From a virus (lineage: Duplodnaviria; Caudoviricetes), in the IMG/VR virus record IMGVR_UViG_3300042988_000213, positions 1 to 37,740 of that record: DNA of 37,740 nucleotides; one strand, 5' to 3'. Shown piece after piece: positions 22,758-31,446 of the stretch (position 1 is the first letter of the stretch; every line of letters begins with the position of its first letter). The translations under genes and the position numbers were made by a program. The notes under the pieces were generated by a model that was not told the origin of the DNA, searched no databases, and was given only the letters and a program-made list of their open reading frames with translations.

Positions 22758-24359
22758 TCAGTCCCAATGGTAAGAGACAACGGTCGGGTACTTTGAAGCA
22801 CGACTGACAACGATTGCTTTTGGCGTCCTCAAGATTGTTTGGTCGTACTCAATCCATTCGATTGCCTCTTCAGCATTGCTGGGGATTGCGTCGATCTTTG
22901 ATCTTTGTTGCCACCACTTCTCTGCCTTCTTTCTGGCAAACCCTTCGTGTCCGATGCAGCACCAGTCCGCCGCCCTCTTGAGTAGGCCGTCGTAGTACTC
23001 CACCCGCAGGCTTGGCGGACTGCCGAGCTTCTGGTGTAGCTTGTATCGCACCTCGGTCACTGGAATGGTCTCGAACATCGTCTCCTGCTGGCTGCTCAGG
23101 ACGGCCGCAGCGGAGGCCTGGATTCCGTGCTTGATCCGCTCGGGCTCGGGGAAGAGGAAGCCGCAGTCCAAGCACTCGGTGGCGCTGGCGGCGTTCTGGC
23201 TGCCGCAGTGGGGGCACAGCTTGTGCGGAGCCTCACCCTTGCGGCCACCGGTGGGCAGGCGGCCCTTGACGGCGTCCACAGGCCCCATGATGGCGGTCGT
23301 GTCGGTGAAGTCTGCCCACAGGCAGTTCTCCTTGCCGGGTGCGATGCGCATGCCACGGCCAGCGATCTGCACGTAGAGCACCGGGCTCTTGGTGGCCCGC
23401 AGCAGGGCGATGAAGTCGGTCTCGGGCGCGTCGAACCCGGTGGTCAGCACGCCGACGTTGACCAGGCAGCGCACGCGCCCGGCCTTGAAGTCGCCGATCA
23501 GCTTGGCCCGCTCGACCTTGGGCGTCTCGCCACAGACCATGGCGGCCGTCACGCCCCGGCGCTGCAGGGCCTCGGTGACGTGGTTGGCGTGGCTCACCGT
23601 CACGGCGAACACCAGCCAGCGCTTCCTCTCGGCAGCGAGCTGCACGATCTCGTCGCAGGTTGCCTCGACCAGCTCCTCGGTGTCGGTGACCTTGGCCAAC
23701 TCGCTGACCACGTAGTCGTCGCCGCTGGTCCGCACGCCGTTGGCGTCGATCCTGGTGACCGTGGTGGCCGGGACCAGGGGTGACAGGAAGCCCAGGTCCA
23801 GCAGCTCGCGCATGGTCACGCGGGTGGCAATGTTGGTGAACAGCGGGTCATCGCCTGCGGTCAGCCAGACGCCGTTGCCGCGGAACGGGGTGCCGGTCCA
23901 GCCGATGCAGCGGGTGTGCGGGTTGTACTTGGCCAGGTCGTTGAGGAACGACCGCCACATGCCTGCGTCCTTGGGGTTGATCAGGTGGCACTCGTCGGCC
24001 AGCACGATGTCGATGCGGCCAAGCAGGTGAGCGTCGCGGTAGATCGAGCCGATCGTGGCGTAGGTGATCTGGCAGCCCAAGTCCTTGCGGCCAGCCCCGG
24101 CGCTGTAGATGCCGACGTTGGCCTCGGGCCAGACGGTGACGATCTTCTCGACGTTCTGCTCGAGCAGTTCCTTCTGGTGGACCAAGACCAAGATGCGGGT
24201 GCCGGGGAACTCCATGTCGGCACGCTGCGCCAGCAGGGCGATCATCAGGGACTTGCCAGCCCCCACGCAGGCCTCGACGATGGGGTTGCCGCCGTCGTGC
24301 CTGCTGAACCACGCCCACAGTTCTTCCAGCGTGCGGGACTGATACGGGCGGGGGATCAT
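22758..24359 (-). CDS. SF2 DEAD/DEAH-like helicase (RadD/YejH-like) with Zn ribbon
   Basis: VGAGKS, DECH, TGTP, LTTGFD, QIAGRGMR, CPHC…CLDC. Confidence 0.92.
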   Translation of the reverse strand: MIPRPYQSRTLEELWAWFSRHDGGNPIVEACVGAGKSLMIALLAQRADMEFPGTRILVLVHQKELLEQNVEKIVTVWPEANVGIYSAGAGRKDLGCQITYATIGSIYRDAHLLGRIDIVLADECHLINPKDAGMWRSFLNDLAKYNPHTRCIGWTGTPFRGNGVWLTAGDDPLFTNIATRVTMRELLDLGFLSPLVPATTVTRIDANGVRTSGDDYVVSELAKVTDTEELVEATCDEIVQLAAERKRWLVFAVTVSHANHVTEALQRRGVTAAMVCGETPKVERAKLIGDFKAGRVRCLVNVGVLTTGFDAPETDFIALLRATKSPVLYVQIAGRGMRIAPGKENCLWADFTDTTAIMGPVDAVKGRLPTGGRKGEAPHKLCPHCGSQNAASATECLDCGFLFPEPERIKHGIQASAAAVLSSQQETMFETIPVTEVRYKLHQKLGSPPSLRVEYYDGLLKRAADWCCIGHEGFARKKAEKWWQQRSKIDAIPSNAEEAIEWIEYDQTILRTPKAIVVSRASKYPTVVSYHWD

Positions 24360-24970
24360 GCTTCACTCCAAAGCCGCTCTTGTTGCGGCGACTTAGGCAT
24401 TGTGATGTTTTTGACATGAAGAACAAATTTGTGCTTGTAGTAAGAGCCAACCTTTGTGTGGCCAAGCTCCTCCATTTGCTTTTTTGTTCTGTTCACGGTT
24501 GCTTTTGGTGCCACTTGTCGCCCTGACATGTCAAGCCAACGCGGGTAGGGTCCGGTCCGTCCAACGTAGTTCCAGTTTGCGGCCCTGTAAACGTGCCCAC
24601 TGTGATGCTGCGACTCGTCGGCGTAGGTAACCAGCGAAACAAACCTACCGTCGCGCTCGATCATCTTGACGCTCTTAGACAGTAGAAATGAACACGCATT
24701 TTTTGGCACGCCGGGAAGAACCACCATTCGGGTGAGCGACAGGACTTGCTTCCATCTTTCTTTGTTTACGCTTTCGCAGGCCACGCGGGTGGGGGGGAGC
24801 CACCACGCAACGCCATAGCATTGGCCATCTTCTTTTTTAAATAGGCCGTGCGTATAAACTGCGGTGTTGCTGCCACCGCCCGAATAATGATGTCGACGAA
24901 CCATGTCTTGAGCAACTGCAAGCGGCACATCTGCTACGTACCAGTCGTTCTTTCTAAACTTATCACTCAT
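24356..24970 (-). CDS. Mom-family (GNAT-fold) DNA adenine modification protein
   Basis: RHHYS…LSLTRMV…PKNACSFLLSKS…LVTYADESQHHSGHVYRAANW pattern of Mom-like proteins; lower GC; ATGA overlaps on both sides. Confidence 0.75.
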   Translation of the reverse strand: MSDKFRKNDWYVADVPLAVAQDMVRRHHYSGGGSNTAVYTHGLFKKEDGQCYGVAWWLPPTRVACESVNKERWKQVLSLTRMVVLPGVPKNACSFLLSKSVKMIERDGRFVSLVTYADESQHHSGHVYRAANWNYVGRTGPYPRWLDMSGRQVAPKATVNRTKKQMEELGHTKVGSYYKHKFVLHVKNITMPKSPQQERLWSEA

Positions 24971-26043
24971 GCCACCACCTTGCTGTCGATCCCTTGGGCG
25001 GCGAGCTGCTGCTTCATCGCAGCCACATCACCGAGCATCGTCTTCTGCTCCAGGTCGCGGATCTCCTGGCTTGTCAGCGCACCGGGTCCGTCGCCGTTGG
25101 CGAACGTCGCGCCGGTGCCGTCGGTGTAGATCACATCACCATTGACATAGTCTGCCTGAGTTGCGAAGCGCTCGAGCAGGATGGGAATGTAGCGGTGAGC
25201 CTCGCATCCAACGCGCTGCAGTTGAATCGGAATGTTTGCGGCTCCTCGATACTCCGGGTTTGCTGCAGCAGCGCCGCAGCTCCAGCGGGCGTCGCCATCC
25301 ATCTCTGCGGTGCTGTGCGCGCACGTCCTGCACGTCACCGCAGGCGCGGCCTCGCCGTGGCAGTGCTCGTGGAACGAACACATCTTGCACACGTACCAGC
25401 TCGGGTCGTTGCTGCACCGAAGCGGCGGCTCGTTGGCCTTGATCACCCGCTCGGCACGGGCCTTCAGCTTAGCGAACTCCACCGGGTCGAAGTGGACCCA
25501 CTCGGTGTACAGCTCGCTGGTGTCCTTGTTCTCTGCGATGTACATGGCGCGATCCATCCCGGTCAGGCCACAATAAACGGTCATCTGGGCATAGTGCTGC
25601 GGCTTGGACTTCTGCACGCCATCCTTCAGCAAGGCCGCAAACGACTTGGCATTGTGGGTCTTGAATTCTGTCACCGCCCAAGTCTTCGGGGCCTCGGCAA
25701 AGCCGCGTGCTGCGCCGTCCATGCTGCCACCAAAGTGGCCACCCAGATCCTCGACGCGCCACTGCTTGCCGTCGGGGGTCACGTCGTGGACCTCGACACC
25801 GATGCGCCGCAACTCGGCCACGATGCGCGGCTCAAAGTCTTGGCCAGCCTTGAACAGCCGCAGCATGCGCCCGCTGAACTTCTTGGCGTCGACCCAGCGG
25901 AAGGTCATCCACAGGAAGCGCTCGCAGGCGTGGCCAATCAGGCTGGCCCCCAGGTGCGGCCGGTTACCGTCCTCGGCGTCGTTTTCGTATGCCTGGTAGA
26001 TCTTGTTGACGGTGCTGTGTGCGGGTTCGGGCAGGGTTGCCAT
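24967..26043 (-). CDS. PD-(D/E)xK exonuclease, Cas4/YqaJ-like, with Fe-S/Zn cysteines
   Basis: GASLIGHAC, GSMDG…EFKT, HYAQMTVY, CKMC…C…CRTC. Confidence 0.85.
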   Translation of the reverse strand: MATLPEPAHSTVNKIYQAYENDAEDGNRPHLGASLIGHACERFLWMTFRWVDAKKFSGRMLRLFKAGQDFEPRIVAELRRIGVEVHDVTPDGKQWRVEDLGGHFGGSMDGAARGFAEAPKTWAVTEFKTHNAKSFAALLKDGVQKSKPQHYAQMTVYCGLTGMDRAMYIAENKDTSELYTEWVHFDPVEFAKLKARAERVIKANEPPLRCSNDPSWYVCKMCSFHEHCHGEAAPAVTCRTCAHSTAEMDGDARWSCGAAAANPEYRGAANIPIQLQRVGCEAHRYIPILLERFATQADYVNGDVIYTDGTGATFANGDGPGALTSQEIRDLEQKTMLGDVAAMKQQLAAQGIDSKVVA

Positions 26044-26103
26044 CGGGAGTTCTCCGTGTGTGAGTGATCAATCCATGCCCCCGCACGCGAGGGCACAGGC
26101 TGA

Positions 26104-26301
26104 TTACTCGGCGGTCGCAGGCTCTTCGCCTGCGCGCTCGACCTTCACGCCGTCTTGCATGGCACCGACCAGAGTCTTCTGGGTGGCCACCTCGACGGTG
26201 ATCAGGTCCTTGGCCACGTGGCGCAGGGCTGCGTTCTTGGTCGAGGCTTCGACCAGCTTGAAGATGTCGCCAGCTTGGACGGCGTAGATGCGGGTGCTCA
26301 T
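26104..26301 (-). CDS. Hypothetical protein
   Basis: SD AAGGAG; ATGA overlap. Confidence 0.75.
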   Translation of the reverse strand: MSTRIYAVQAGDIFKLVEASTKNAALRHVAKDLITVEVATQKTLVGAMQDGVKVERAGEEPATAE

Positions 26302-26534
26302 TGAGCGTCTCCTTCGGTTGTTGCGGCCTCTTTGGCCTCGGTTGCGGGTTCTGTTGCAGCTTCCGGTGCGGCCGGTGCTGCAGCGGCCTGTGCAAGCTGC
26401 TGGAGCTGGTAGTTGGCCTGGCCTTCGATCTCTTTGATCAGGCCTGCGCTCTGCTCATAGGGCAGCTTCTGCAGGGCGTTCAAGATGACTTCGACACCGA
26501 GCTTGGTGGCCTTGATGGTTAGGACTGGATTCAC
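26298..26534 (-). CDS. Hypothetical protein
   Basis: GTG start after AAAGGA; ILNALQKLPYEQSAGLIKEI helix. Confidence 0.7.
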   Translation of the reverse strand: MNPVLTIKATKLGVEVILNALQKLPYEQSAGLIKEIEGQANYQLQQLAQAAAAPAAPEAATEPATEAKEAATTEGDAQ

Positions 26535-26584
26535 AGTTTTCCTTTGTTGTGGTTTAGGGGAATGGGTTTGTTGGTCGCGCGCCA

Positions 26585-26941
26585 TCAAGCGGTCCGCAGA
26601 ATTTCAACAGCGGAGTCGTTGATGTTGGTCGTGTAGGTGTCAACGCCCCACTCGCGAGACAGCATGCTGGACACGCCACTGCGGATGTCTTCGGCGGTAA
26701 ATTTACCGATGGCGATCTCTTGCACTTCGCCGATCTCGGCCTGGAGGTTGAGCTGCGGTTTGTAGAACTTGGAGATCTCGCCGTATGGATAGCGCAGCGG
26801 GGCGCGCTTGCGGTCCTTGATCGGCTTGACCTCAAGGGTGCCGAACTCTTCACCTTCAGGGGTGATGATCTTGTAAGTGCAGCCCAGCGCGTCGATGAAC
26901 TTCACGGCACGCTGGAACTCTTTGAGCTGAATGTCTTTCAT
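26585..26941 (-). CDS. Hypothetical protein
   Basis: SD AAGGA; good codon bias. Confidence 0.75.
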   Translation of the reverse strand: MKDIQLKEFQRAVKFIDALGCTYKIITPEGEEFGTLEVKPIKDRKRAPLRYPYGEISKFYKPQLNLQAEIGEVQEIAIGKFTAEDIRSGVSSMLSREWGVDTYTTNINDSAVEILRTA

Positions 26942-26960
26942 GGCTTTATCCTTGTGTAGG

Positions 26961-27050
26961 CGGGGCCTACTCGCTGCGTCTGTGGAGGTACTGGTGGCCC
27001 ACGAAGTCCACTCGCTCCCCTTGATCCATCAGCATCCGCTTTCGGCCCCG
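26961..27050 (-). ncRNA. Candidate structured non-coding RNA
   Basis: Intergenic 90 nt closed by CGGGGCC/GGCCCCG, with a GAA/AGUA loop-E-like internal loop and nested stems. Confidence 0.55.
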
Positions 27051-27054
27051 AATA

Positions 27055-27576
27055 TCAGTACTTGTTGCTCTTGCGCAGGTTGTAAGTTGCGGGAACAACC
27101 CGAAGGTTGTTGTGAACGTGCAGTCCGCTCACCGTCTTCCCTTTAATGGGAATGTGATGATCGACGTGCCAGTCTTGGTTGGTGTCTTGCTGCATATACA
27201 GCCGTGTTGCGTAGAGAAAATCAATAATCTTCTTGTTCGCCCATGTCGGAGTTGCAATCTTCCTCGCGGCCTTGCTTCCGGCACTTAGCGCTGACAGCAG
27301 AGCAGGATTCTCTTGCCTCCAAATGCGCGAGCGTTGGGCCGCCTTCTGCTTCTGCGAGTCTTGCTGGCGGTACTCCGCCATGTACTCACTGACGCTGGCC
27401 TTGTTGTTTCGCTTCCATTCGCTGTGCTTCTCGTAGTACTTGTGCTGAGTCTCTGCTCTGCGCTGCTTATGGCAGGCCTTGCACCAAGTTGAGTAGCCTC
27501 CGGCATGCGTGGAGCTTCTGGAGAAGTCAACCTCCGCCACCTTCTCAACTCCGCACTTGGTGCAAGTCTTAAGCAT
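27055..27576 (-). mobile_element. Free-standing HNH homing endonuclease
   Basis: KTCTKC…WCKAC Zn finger; TPTWAN; WHVDHHIPIKG…GLHVHNNL…NLRKSN. Confidence 0.88.
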
Positions 27577-27577
27577 G

Positions 27578-28102
27578 TCAAGCCGCCTTCTTTGCCCAAG
27601 GAGGAGTTGAGCCACCGGGCGCGGCAGCAGCGGATGGCGCAGATGCCGGGGCGGACTGAGGACGGGCGATGCCACCGGCACTAGGCGCAGAAGCTCCAGC
27701 AGATGCTGGTTTGAAACCAGTGACCTCGTTTTGGTCTTCGTAATTTCCGGTGTCGTCCTTGCGGACCTTGAGCTTCACGGAGAACGGCTTGTTGTGCAGC
27801 TCGACGGTGTCCTGCATGCGGACCACACCGATCGACTCGCACAGCTCGCGGAGCTGCTCCTGAGCGATCTGCTCGGCCTTGGGGCTACCGGAGTGGCGCA
27901 CGTTCAGGCGAGCCCACACCTTGCGGTTGCGGTAGCCGTCGTCGAGCACCTCAATGGTCAGCTTCAGGGCCTGGCCCTGGCCGGACTTGAGGGCGACCAG
28001 ATCGGACTCGGTCACCTGGGCGGTGTACCAGCCTGCGGGCAGCAGCTCGTAGTTGTTCTCGCGCTTGGGAGCGTTGTTGGTGTCGAAGTTGAATTGCGCC
28101 AT
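27578..28102 (-). CDS. DUF669-family phage single-stranded DNA-binding protein
   Basis: YELLPAGWY…NEVTGFK…PPWAK; adjacent to Sak4. Confidence 0.85.
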   Translation of the reverse strand: MAQFNFDTNNAPKRENNYELLPAGWYTAQVTESDLVALKSGQGQALKLTIEVLDDGYRNRKVWARLNVRHSGSPKAEQIAQEQLRELCESIGVVRMQDTVELHNKPFSVKLKVRKDDTGNYEDQNEVTGFKPASAGASAPSAGGIARPQSAPASAPSAAAAPGGSTPPWAKKAA

Positions 28103-28167
28103 GATGGGTGTCCCTTTCAAAGGATAGTAGGCAATGTGATATGCGACGTGATAAAGCCCACGTACGC

Positions 28168-28854
28168 TTAGGCTGAAACTGCTCCGCGAATCTTCGCGGC
28201 GATGGCCCCGATGTCGGGCTGCTCAAACATGTCGAGCGCTCCGCTGCGGTCTTTGCTTTCATAGTTGTAATCGCGCTGCGCTTGGAGCCAACGAGTGGGA
28301 TTCCCTTCGGCATCCTTCTCGACCCGCAAAGCCAGAACCTCGTCAAAGAAGTAAGCCAGCCCATTCTTGAGCTGGTTGCCAGGCATGCTCGGGCCGTACA
28401 GCATCGCGCCGGTTTGCTCGTCCTTGCTCTTTTCCTGCTTGCACAGGAACAGCACGTTGCGGCCGGGCAAGTCGCGGAAGGCGCGGATCAAGTCCGTCAT
28501 CTTCTCCGCCAGAGAGCCATAGGCTTGGCGCGGGTCCTTGGCCGTCTTTTTCTCGTGGTTGAGAACCACTTCGGCGATCTCCGAGATGCTGTCCAAGCAG
28601 ACCCACGAATACTGCGCCCCAGCCTCGCCAGCGACATATGCGTATGCTTCGTACAGCTCGTCCAGCGTCTTGACCTCAATCACCGGGATGTCAAAGCCGC
28701 GCAGCGACAGCAAGCCCGACTCGGCGCTGATGATAATGGTGGGCTCGCCGGTGGTGGAGCAGAGCGTCGTCTTGCCAGCGCCGGACGGGCCGTGCACAAG
28801 GCACTTGATCCCATCCATGGCTGCTTGTTTAGTTGACTTGAGTTGGATAGCCAT
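28168..28854 (-). CDS. sak4: Sak4-like AAA ATPase (single-strand annealing protein)
   Basis: GPSGAGKT, SAESGL, CLDSISE, KDRSG. Confidence 0.88.
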   Translation of the reverse strand: MAIQLKSTKQAAMDGIKCLVHGPSGAGKTTLCSTTGEPTIIISAESGLLSLRGFDIPVIEVKTLDELYEAYAYVAGEAGAQYSWVCLDSISEIAEVVLNHEKKTAKDPRQAYGSLAEKMTDLIRAFRDLPGRNVLFLCKQEKSKDEQTGAMLYGPSMPGNQLKNGLAYFFDEVLALRVEKDAEGNPTRWLQAQRDYNYESKDRSGALDMFEQPDIGAIAAKIRGAVSA

Positions 28855-28889
28855 GATGTTTCCAGTTAAAGCAATGTGATACATGAAGC

Positions 28890-29273
28890 TCAGATGGCTT
28901 CGATGGTGATGGTGGGGGAGGCGGGTTTGCTGGTGATCAGCTTGGAGACGGCGGTCAACGCCTTGTCGTCCAGCTTGCGCAGCGCCGCTGTCGACACGTC
29001 GGCTTTCCACTTGAACGCACCCTGCTGCTCGGCGGTGAGCTTGTCCCAGACCTTCTGCAGGTCTTCGGTGTCGACCGAGCGGGTGAGTTTGTAGACCACG
29101 GAGATTTTGTACTCGCCGGTCTTCTCGCTGACGGTGCCCTCGAGCTTGTCGGTGGGGCGCAGGAGGTTGGTGATCTGCTCGTCGATCTCGCGGCGGGCCT
29201 TGATGGCGGCGTCCTCTGCACGCTTGGCGGCGATGCGGGCGGCGACGAGTTCGGAAATGGTGATGGCTTGCAT
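28890..29273 (-). CDS. Hypothetical coiled-coil protein upstream of Sak4
   Basis: SD AAGGA before ATG 29273; position usually taken by Gp157/Gam-like proteins. Confidence 0.75.
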   Translation of the reverse strand: MQAITISELVAARIAAKRAEDAAIKARREIDEQITNLLRPTDKLEGTVSEKTGEYKISVVYKLTRSVDTEDLQKVWDKLTAEQQGAFKWKADVSTAALRKLDDKALTAVSKLITSKPASPTITIEAI

Positions 29274-29319
29274 GATGTCGTCCTTGAAGGAGTGGTTAAA
29301 AAACGTGTTTGATGTTGTC

Positions 29320-29347
29320 AGTATATCAGCATTGTGAAGGTCGTCAA
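29320..29347 (-). promoter_or_regulatory. Sigma70-type promoter of the recombination operon, with operator-like motif in the spacer
   Basis: TTGACG-N16-TATACT with extended TG; spacer contains TTCACAATGCTGA. Confidence 0.85.
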
Positions 29348-29356
29348 AGACTTTCT

Positions 29357-29698
29357 TCACGCAGCCACTTCGGTGGGCTCGTAGGTCAGGGCCTGCAGGT
29401 TGCGGATCTGGTCCTCGATGATGGCCAGTTTCTCGGCAGACTCCATGCGGATCTTCTCGGCCTTCTTGCGCAGCACGGCCACCTGGTTGGCGGCGACTTC
29501 GCTGCTGTCGTGCAGCTCCACGGTGACGGTGCCTTTGCCGACGACGACGTAGCCTTCGCAGCCAGACATGTCCGTGGTGCAGTACTGGAGTTCATGGCCG
29601 ATGTCGCCAGTGCGCAGGTCCTCGGGGGTGAGGCGGCTGTAGGGGCTGGCGATGGCGAAGACTTTGGTGGTGATGGTGCGTTTCACGGCTTGTTCCAT
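29357..29698 (-). CDS. Hypothetical protein
   Basis: ORF with strong codon bias downstream of a promoter. Confidence 0.7.
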   Translation of the reverse strand: MEQAVKRTITTKVFAIASPYSRLTPEDLRTGDIGHELQYCTTDMSGCEGYVVVGKGTVTVELHDSSEVAANQVAVLRKKAEKIRMESAEKLAIIEDQIRNLQALTYEPTEVAA

Positions 29699-29736
29699 TC
29701 TGGAAGCGCCCGGGATCTGCCGGGTCAGTGGTTGAG

Positions 29737-29766
29737 ATTATATAGGCATTGTGAAGTCTTGAGCAA
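29737..29766 (-). promoter_or_regulatory. Sigma70-type promoter with motif in the spacer
   Basis: TTGCTC-N18-TATAAT; spacer contains TTCACAATGCCTA. Confidence 0.75.
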
Positions 29767-29944
29767 TGGCTTTCGTGAAAAGTTTCTCACTCTGCTCATT
29801 GGCACGGGCCTCTGCGATCGGCAGCCACCCGAAGCGACGCCAGGTGGCTTGCACGTCGGCACCAGTGGTCCAGACATAGTCGGGGTGCCCGACGGGGATG
29901 AAGGGCTCTGTGCGCTTGGAGTAGGGGACGGGTGTGAGTTTCAT
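29738..29944 (-). CDS. Hypothetical protein
   Basis: SD AAGGAG; ATGA overlap. Confidence 0.65.
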   Translation of the reverse strand: MKLTPVPYSKRTEPFIPVGHPDYVWTTGADVQATWRRFGWLPIAEARANEQSEKLFTKAIAQDFTMPI

Positions 29945-30345
29945 TGCATTTGCTCCTTCAGTTGATCTCGGTGTTCCTTGATTGCCTGGTTCAGGCGGAT
30001 GGCATCGCGTGCCCAGTATTTGACGCGCCGGATGGCATCGCGTTCTATCTGCCTGACGCGCTCCCTGGTTACGCCGTAGACGTCGCCGATCTCTTCAAGC
30101 GTCATCTCTTCAACGTAGTGCATGACCAGGACGTCGCGACGCCTGTCGTCGAGTTTGCCCAACAAGGTGCCGACCAGCAATTGCCGGTCCAGAACCCTCT
30201 CGTGCTCGGCCGGGTCTTGCCACTCACGGTCGCACAGGCTGTAGAACTCCACCGGCTTGGGCTCCTCGTGTCGCGAGTACCACAGGCCACGGATCAGGTT
30301 GTTCGCCTTGTGAATCTGTAGCTCGCCGTAGACAGGGGCTCGCAT
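29941..30345 (-). CDS. Sigma-70 region 4-like HTH protein
   Basis: LDDRRRDVL…MTLEEIGDVYGVTRERVRQIE. Confidence 0.85.
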   Translation of the reverse strand: MRAPVYGELQIHKANNLIRGLWYSRHEEPKPVEFYSLCDREWQDPAEHERVLDRQLLVGTLLGKLDDRRRDVLVMHYVEEMTLEEIGDVYGVTRERVRQIERDAIRRVKYWARDAIRLNQAIKEHRDQLKEQMQ

Positions 30346-30470
30346 CACGGCCTCCAAACAAACAGGTCAAGCACCAGCACCGTGATCAGTGCCAGCAGAA
30401 ATGCGATGCGCCAAGCGCGTTGGGCCGGGGTCATACCATCGGCGGTGAAGTCGAATGCGTCGTGCTTCAT
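30345..30470 (-). CDS. Small membrane peptide
   Basis: MKHDAFDF…IAFLLALITVLVLDLFVWRP; coupled to neighbours. Confidence 0.6.
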   Translation of the reverse strand: MKHDAFDFTADGMTPAQRAWRIAFLLALITVLVLDLFVWRP

Positions 30471-30799
30471 GTGGCCACCGTTGCTTTGGCGATTGCGGCG
30501 CGGGCGGCTTCCCACTCCGGCTTTCCGTTGTCCCAATACATGACGTTTTCCAACGCCTCCAGTAGATCAGGCGCTGCGGCGATCAGGCGGGCGTCTGCTT
30601 CTTCAACCGTCAACAAATCACCGCCCCAGTGGCTATTCTCACTACCACAGGGTCCAATGCTGTGCGGTGCTCGCCAGAGTACGTCTCCAACTTTGGCGCT
30701 CAGGTTGCCTTTGCTTTTGGCGTGTTCAACGTCCCCTTGGTCCATGGTGCATTCGTACCAGTTAATGGTCCATGGTCCGGGTGTGTGTTGTGTGCTCAT
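30467..30799 (-). CDS. Hypothetical phage protein (HTPGPW…ARLIAAAPDLLEAL type)
   Basis: Recognisable N- and C-terminal motifs; SD AGGAG. Confidence 0.8.
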   Translation of the reverse strand: MSTQHTPGPWTINWYECTMDQGDVEHAKSKGNLSAKVGDVLWRAPHSIGPCGSENSHWGGDLLTVEEADARLIAAAPDLLEALENVMYWDNGKPEWEAARAAIAKATVAT

Positions 30800-30828
30800 C
30801 TTGTTTCTCCTATGTCAATGCTGATACT

Positions 30829-31119
30829 TCAGGTGCCGTAAGTGCCCCATGCTGGCATGTCGTTGAAGAAGCGGCGAGCGGTGCCAAGTTGGCTGGCATT
30901 GATGTGGCCGTCGCGCAGGTCTTCCAGCTCAACGATCTCGTCTTTGTAGGTTTCGATCGTGCGCAGGTTGTGCTTGATGCGCCACTCAGGCGCTGGCTCG
31001 TTTGGTCGAGCCTCGCTGGCAGCCAGCATCTCGTTGGCTTGCGTGAACTTCTCAATCAATTGGTTGAGATGGTTAATTGTGCTTGCACACTTGTCGTGCA
31101 GTGCGTTCTTGACGTTCAT
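30829..31119 (-). CDS. Hypothetical protein
   Basis: SD AAGGAG before ATG 31119. Confidence 0.7.
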   Translation of the reverse strand: MNVKNALHDKCASTINHLNQLIEKFTQANEMLAASEARPNEPAPEWRIKHNLRTIETYKDEIVELEDLRDGHINASQLGTARRFFNDMPAWGTYGT

Positions 31120-31144
31120 GTCGGTCTCCTTAGGCAATGTGATA

Positions 31145-31402
31145 TCAGGCTTTGATCTTGGCGATCCGCTCGTTGGCGGTTGCGTAGGCCCAGCGGGTGG
31201 CTGCTGCCTGAGAGTCGAAAGACTTGCTGCGCTGTTTGGCGCCAAACTCTGTCCACTCGCCATCGACACGGCGTGCGTTCTGCACATAGGCGCGGAAGTC
31301 GACGCCGTTGTCACAGAAGACGACGATGTAGCCGATCTCGCGGTTCTTGCTGTCAAAGCGGCCAGAGCGGATGTAGCTCTGAGTGATGTCGCCGTATTGC
31401 AT
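31145..31402 (-). CDS. Hypothetical protein, first gene of the leftward early operon
   Basis: SD GGAG; downstream of the PL-like promoter. Confidence 0.75.
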   Translation of the reverse strand: MQYGDITQSYIRSGRFDSKNREIGYIVVFCDNGVDFRAYVQNARRVDGEWTEFGAKQRSKSFDSQAAATRWAYATANERIAKIKA

Positions 31403-31446
31403 GTTGATCTCCAGTCACGTCCCAGGATCTGCTGGGCCAGTGACTG

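Noticed and set aside
24967-26043. Cas4-like nuclease as evidence of a CRISPR-Cas system
   Set aside because: Sits in a standard Sak4/SSB/exonuclease/helicase recombination module; no cas1/cas2 or array.
26961-27050. Hammerhead ribozyme (contains GAAA and CUGAUG)
   Set aside because: CUGAUGA is imperfect and the order and pairing of elements do not give the hammerhead three-stem core.
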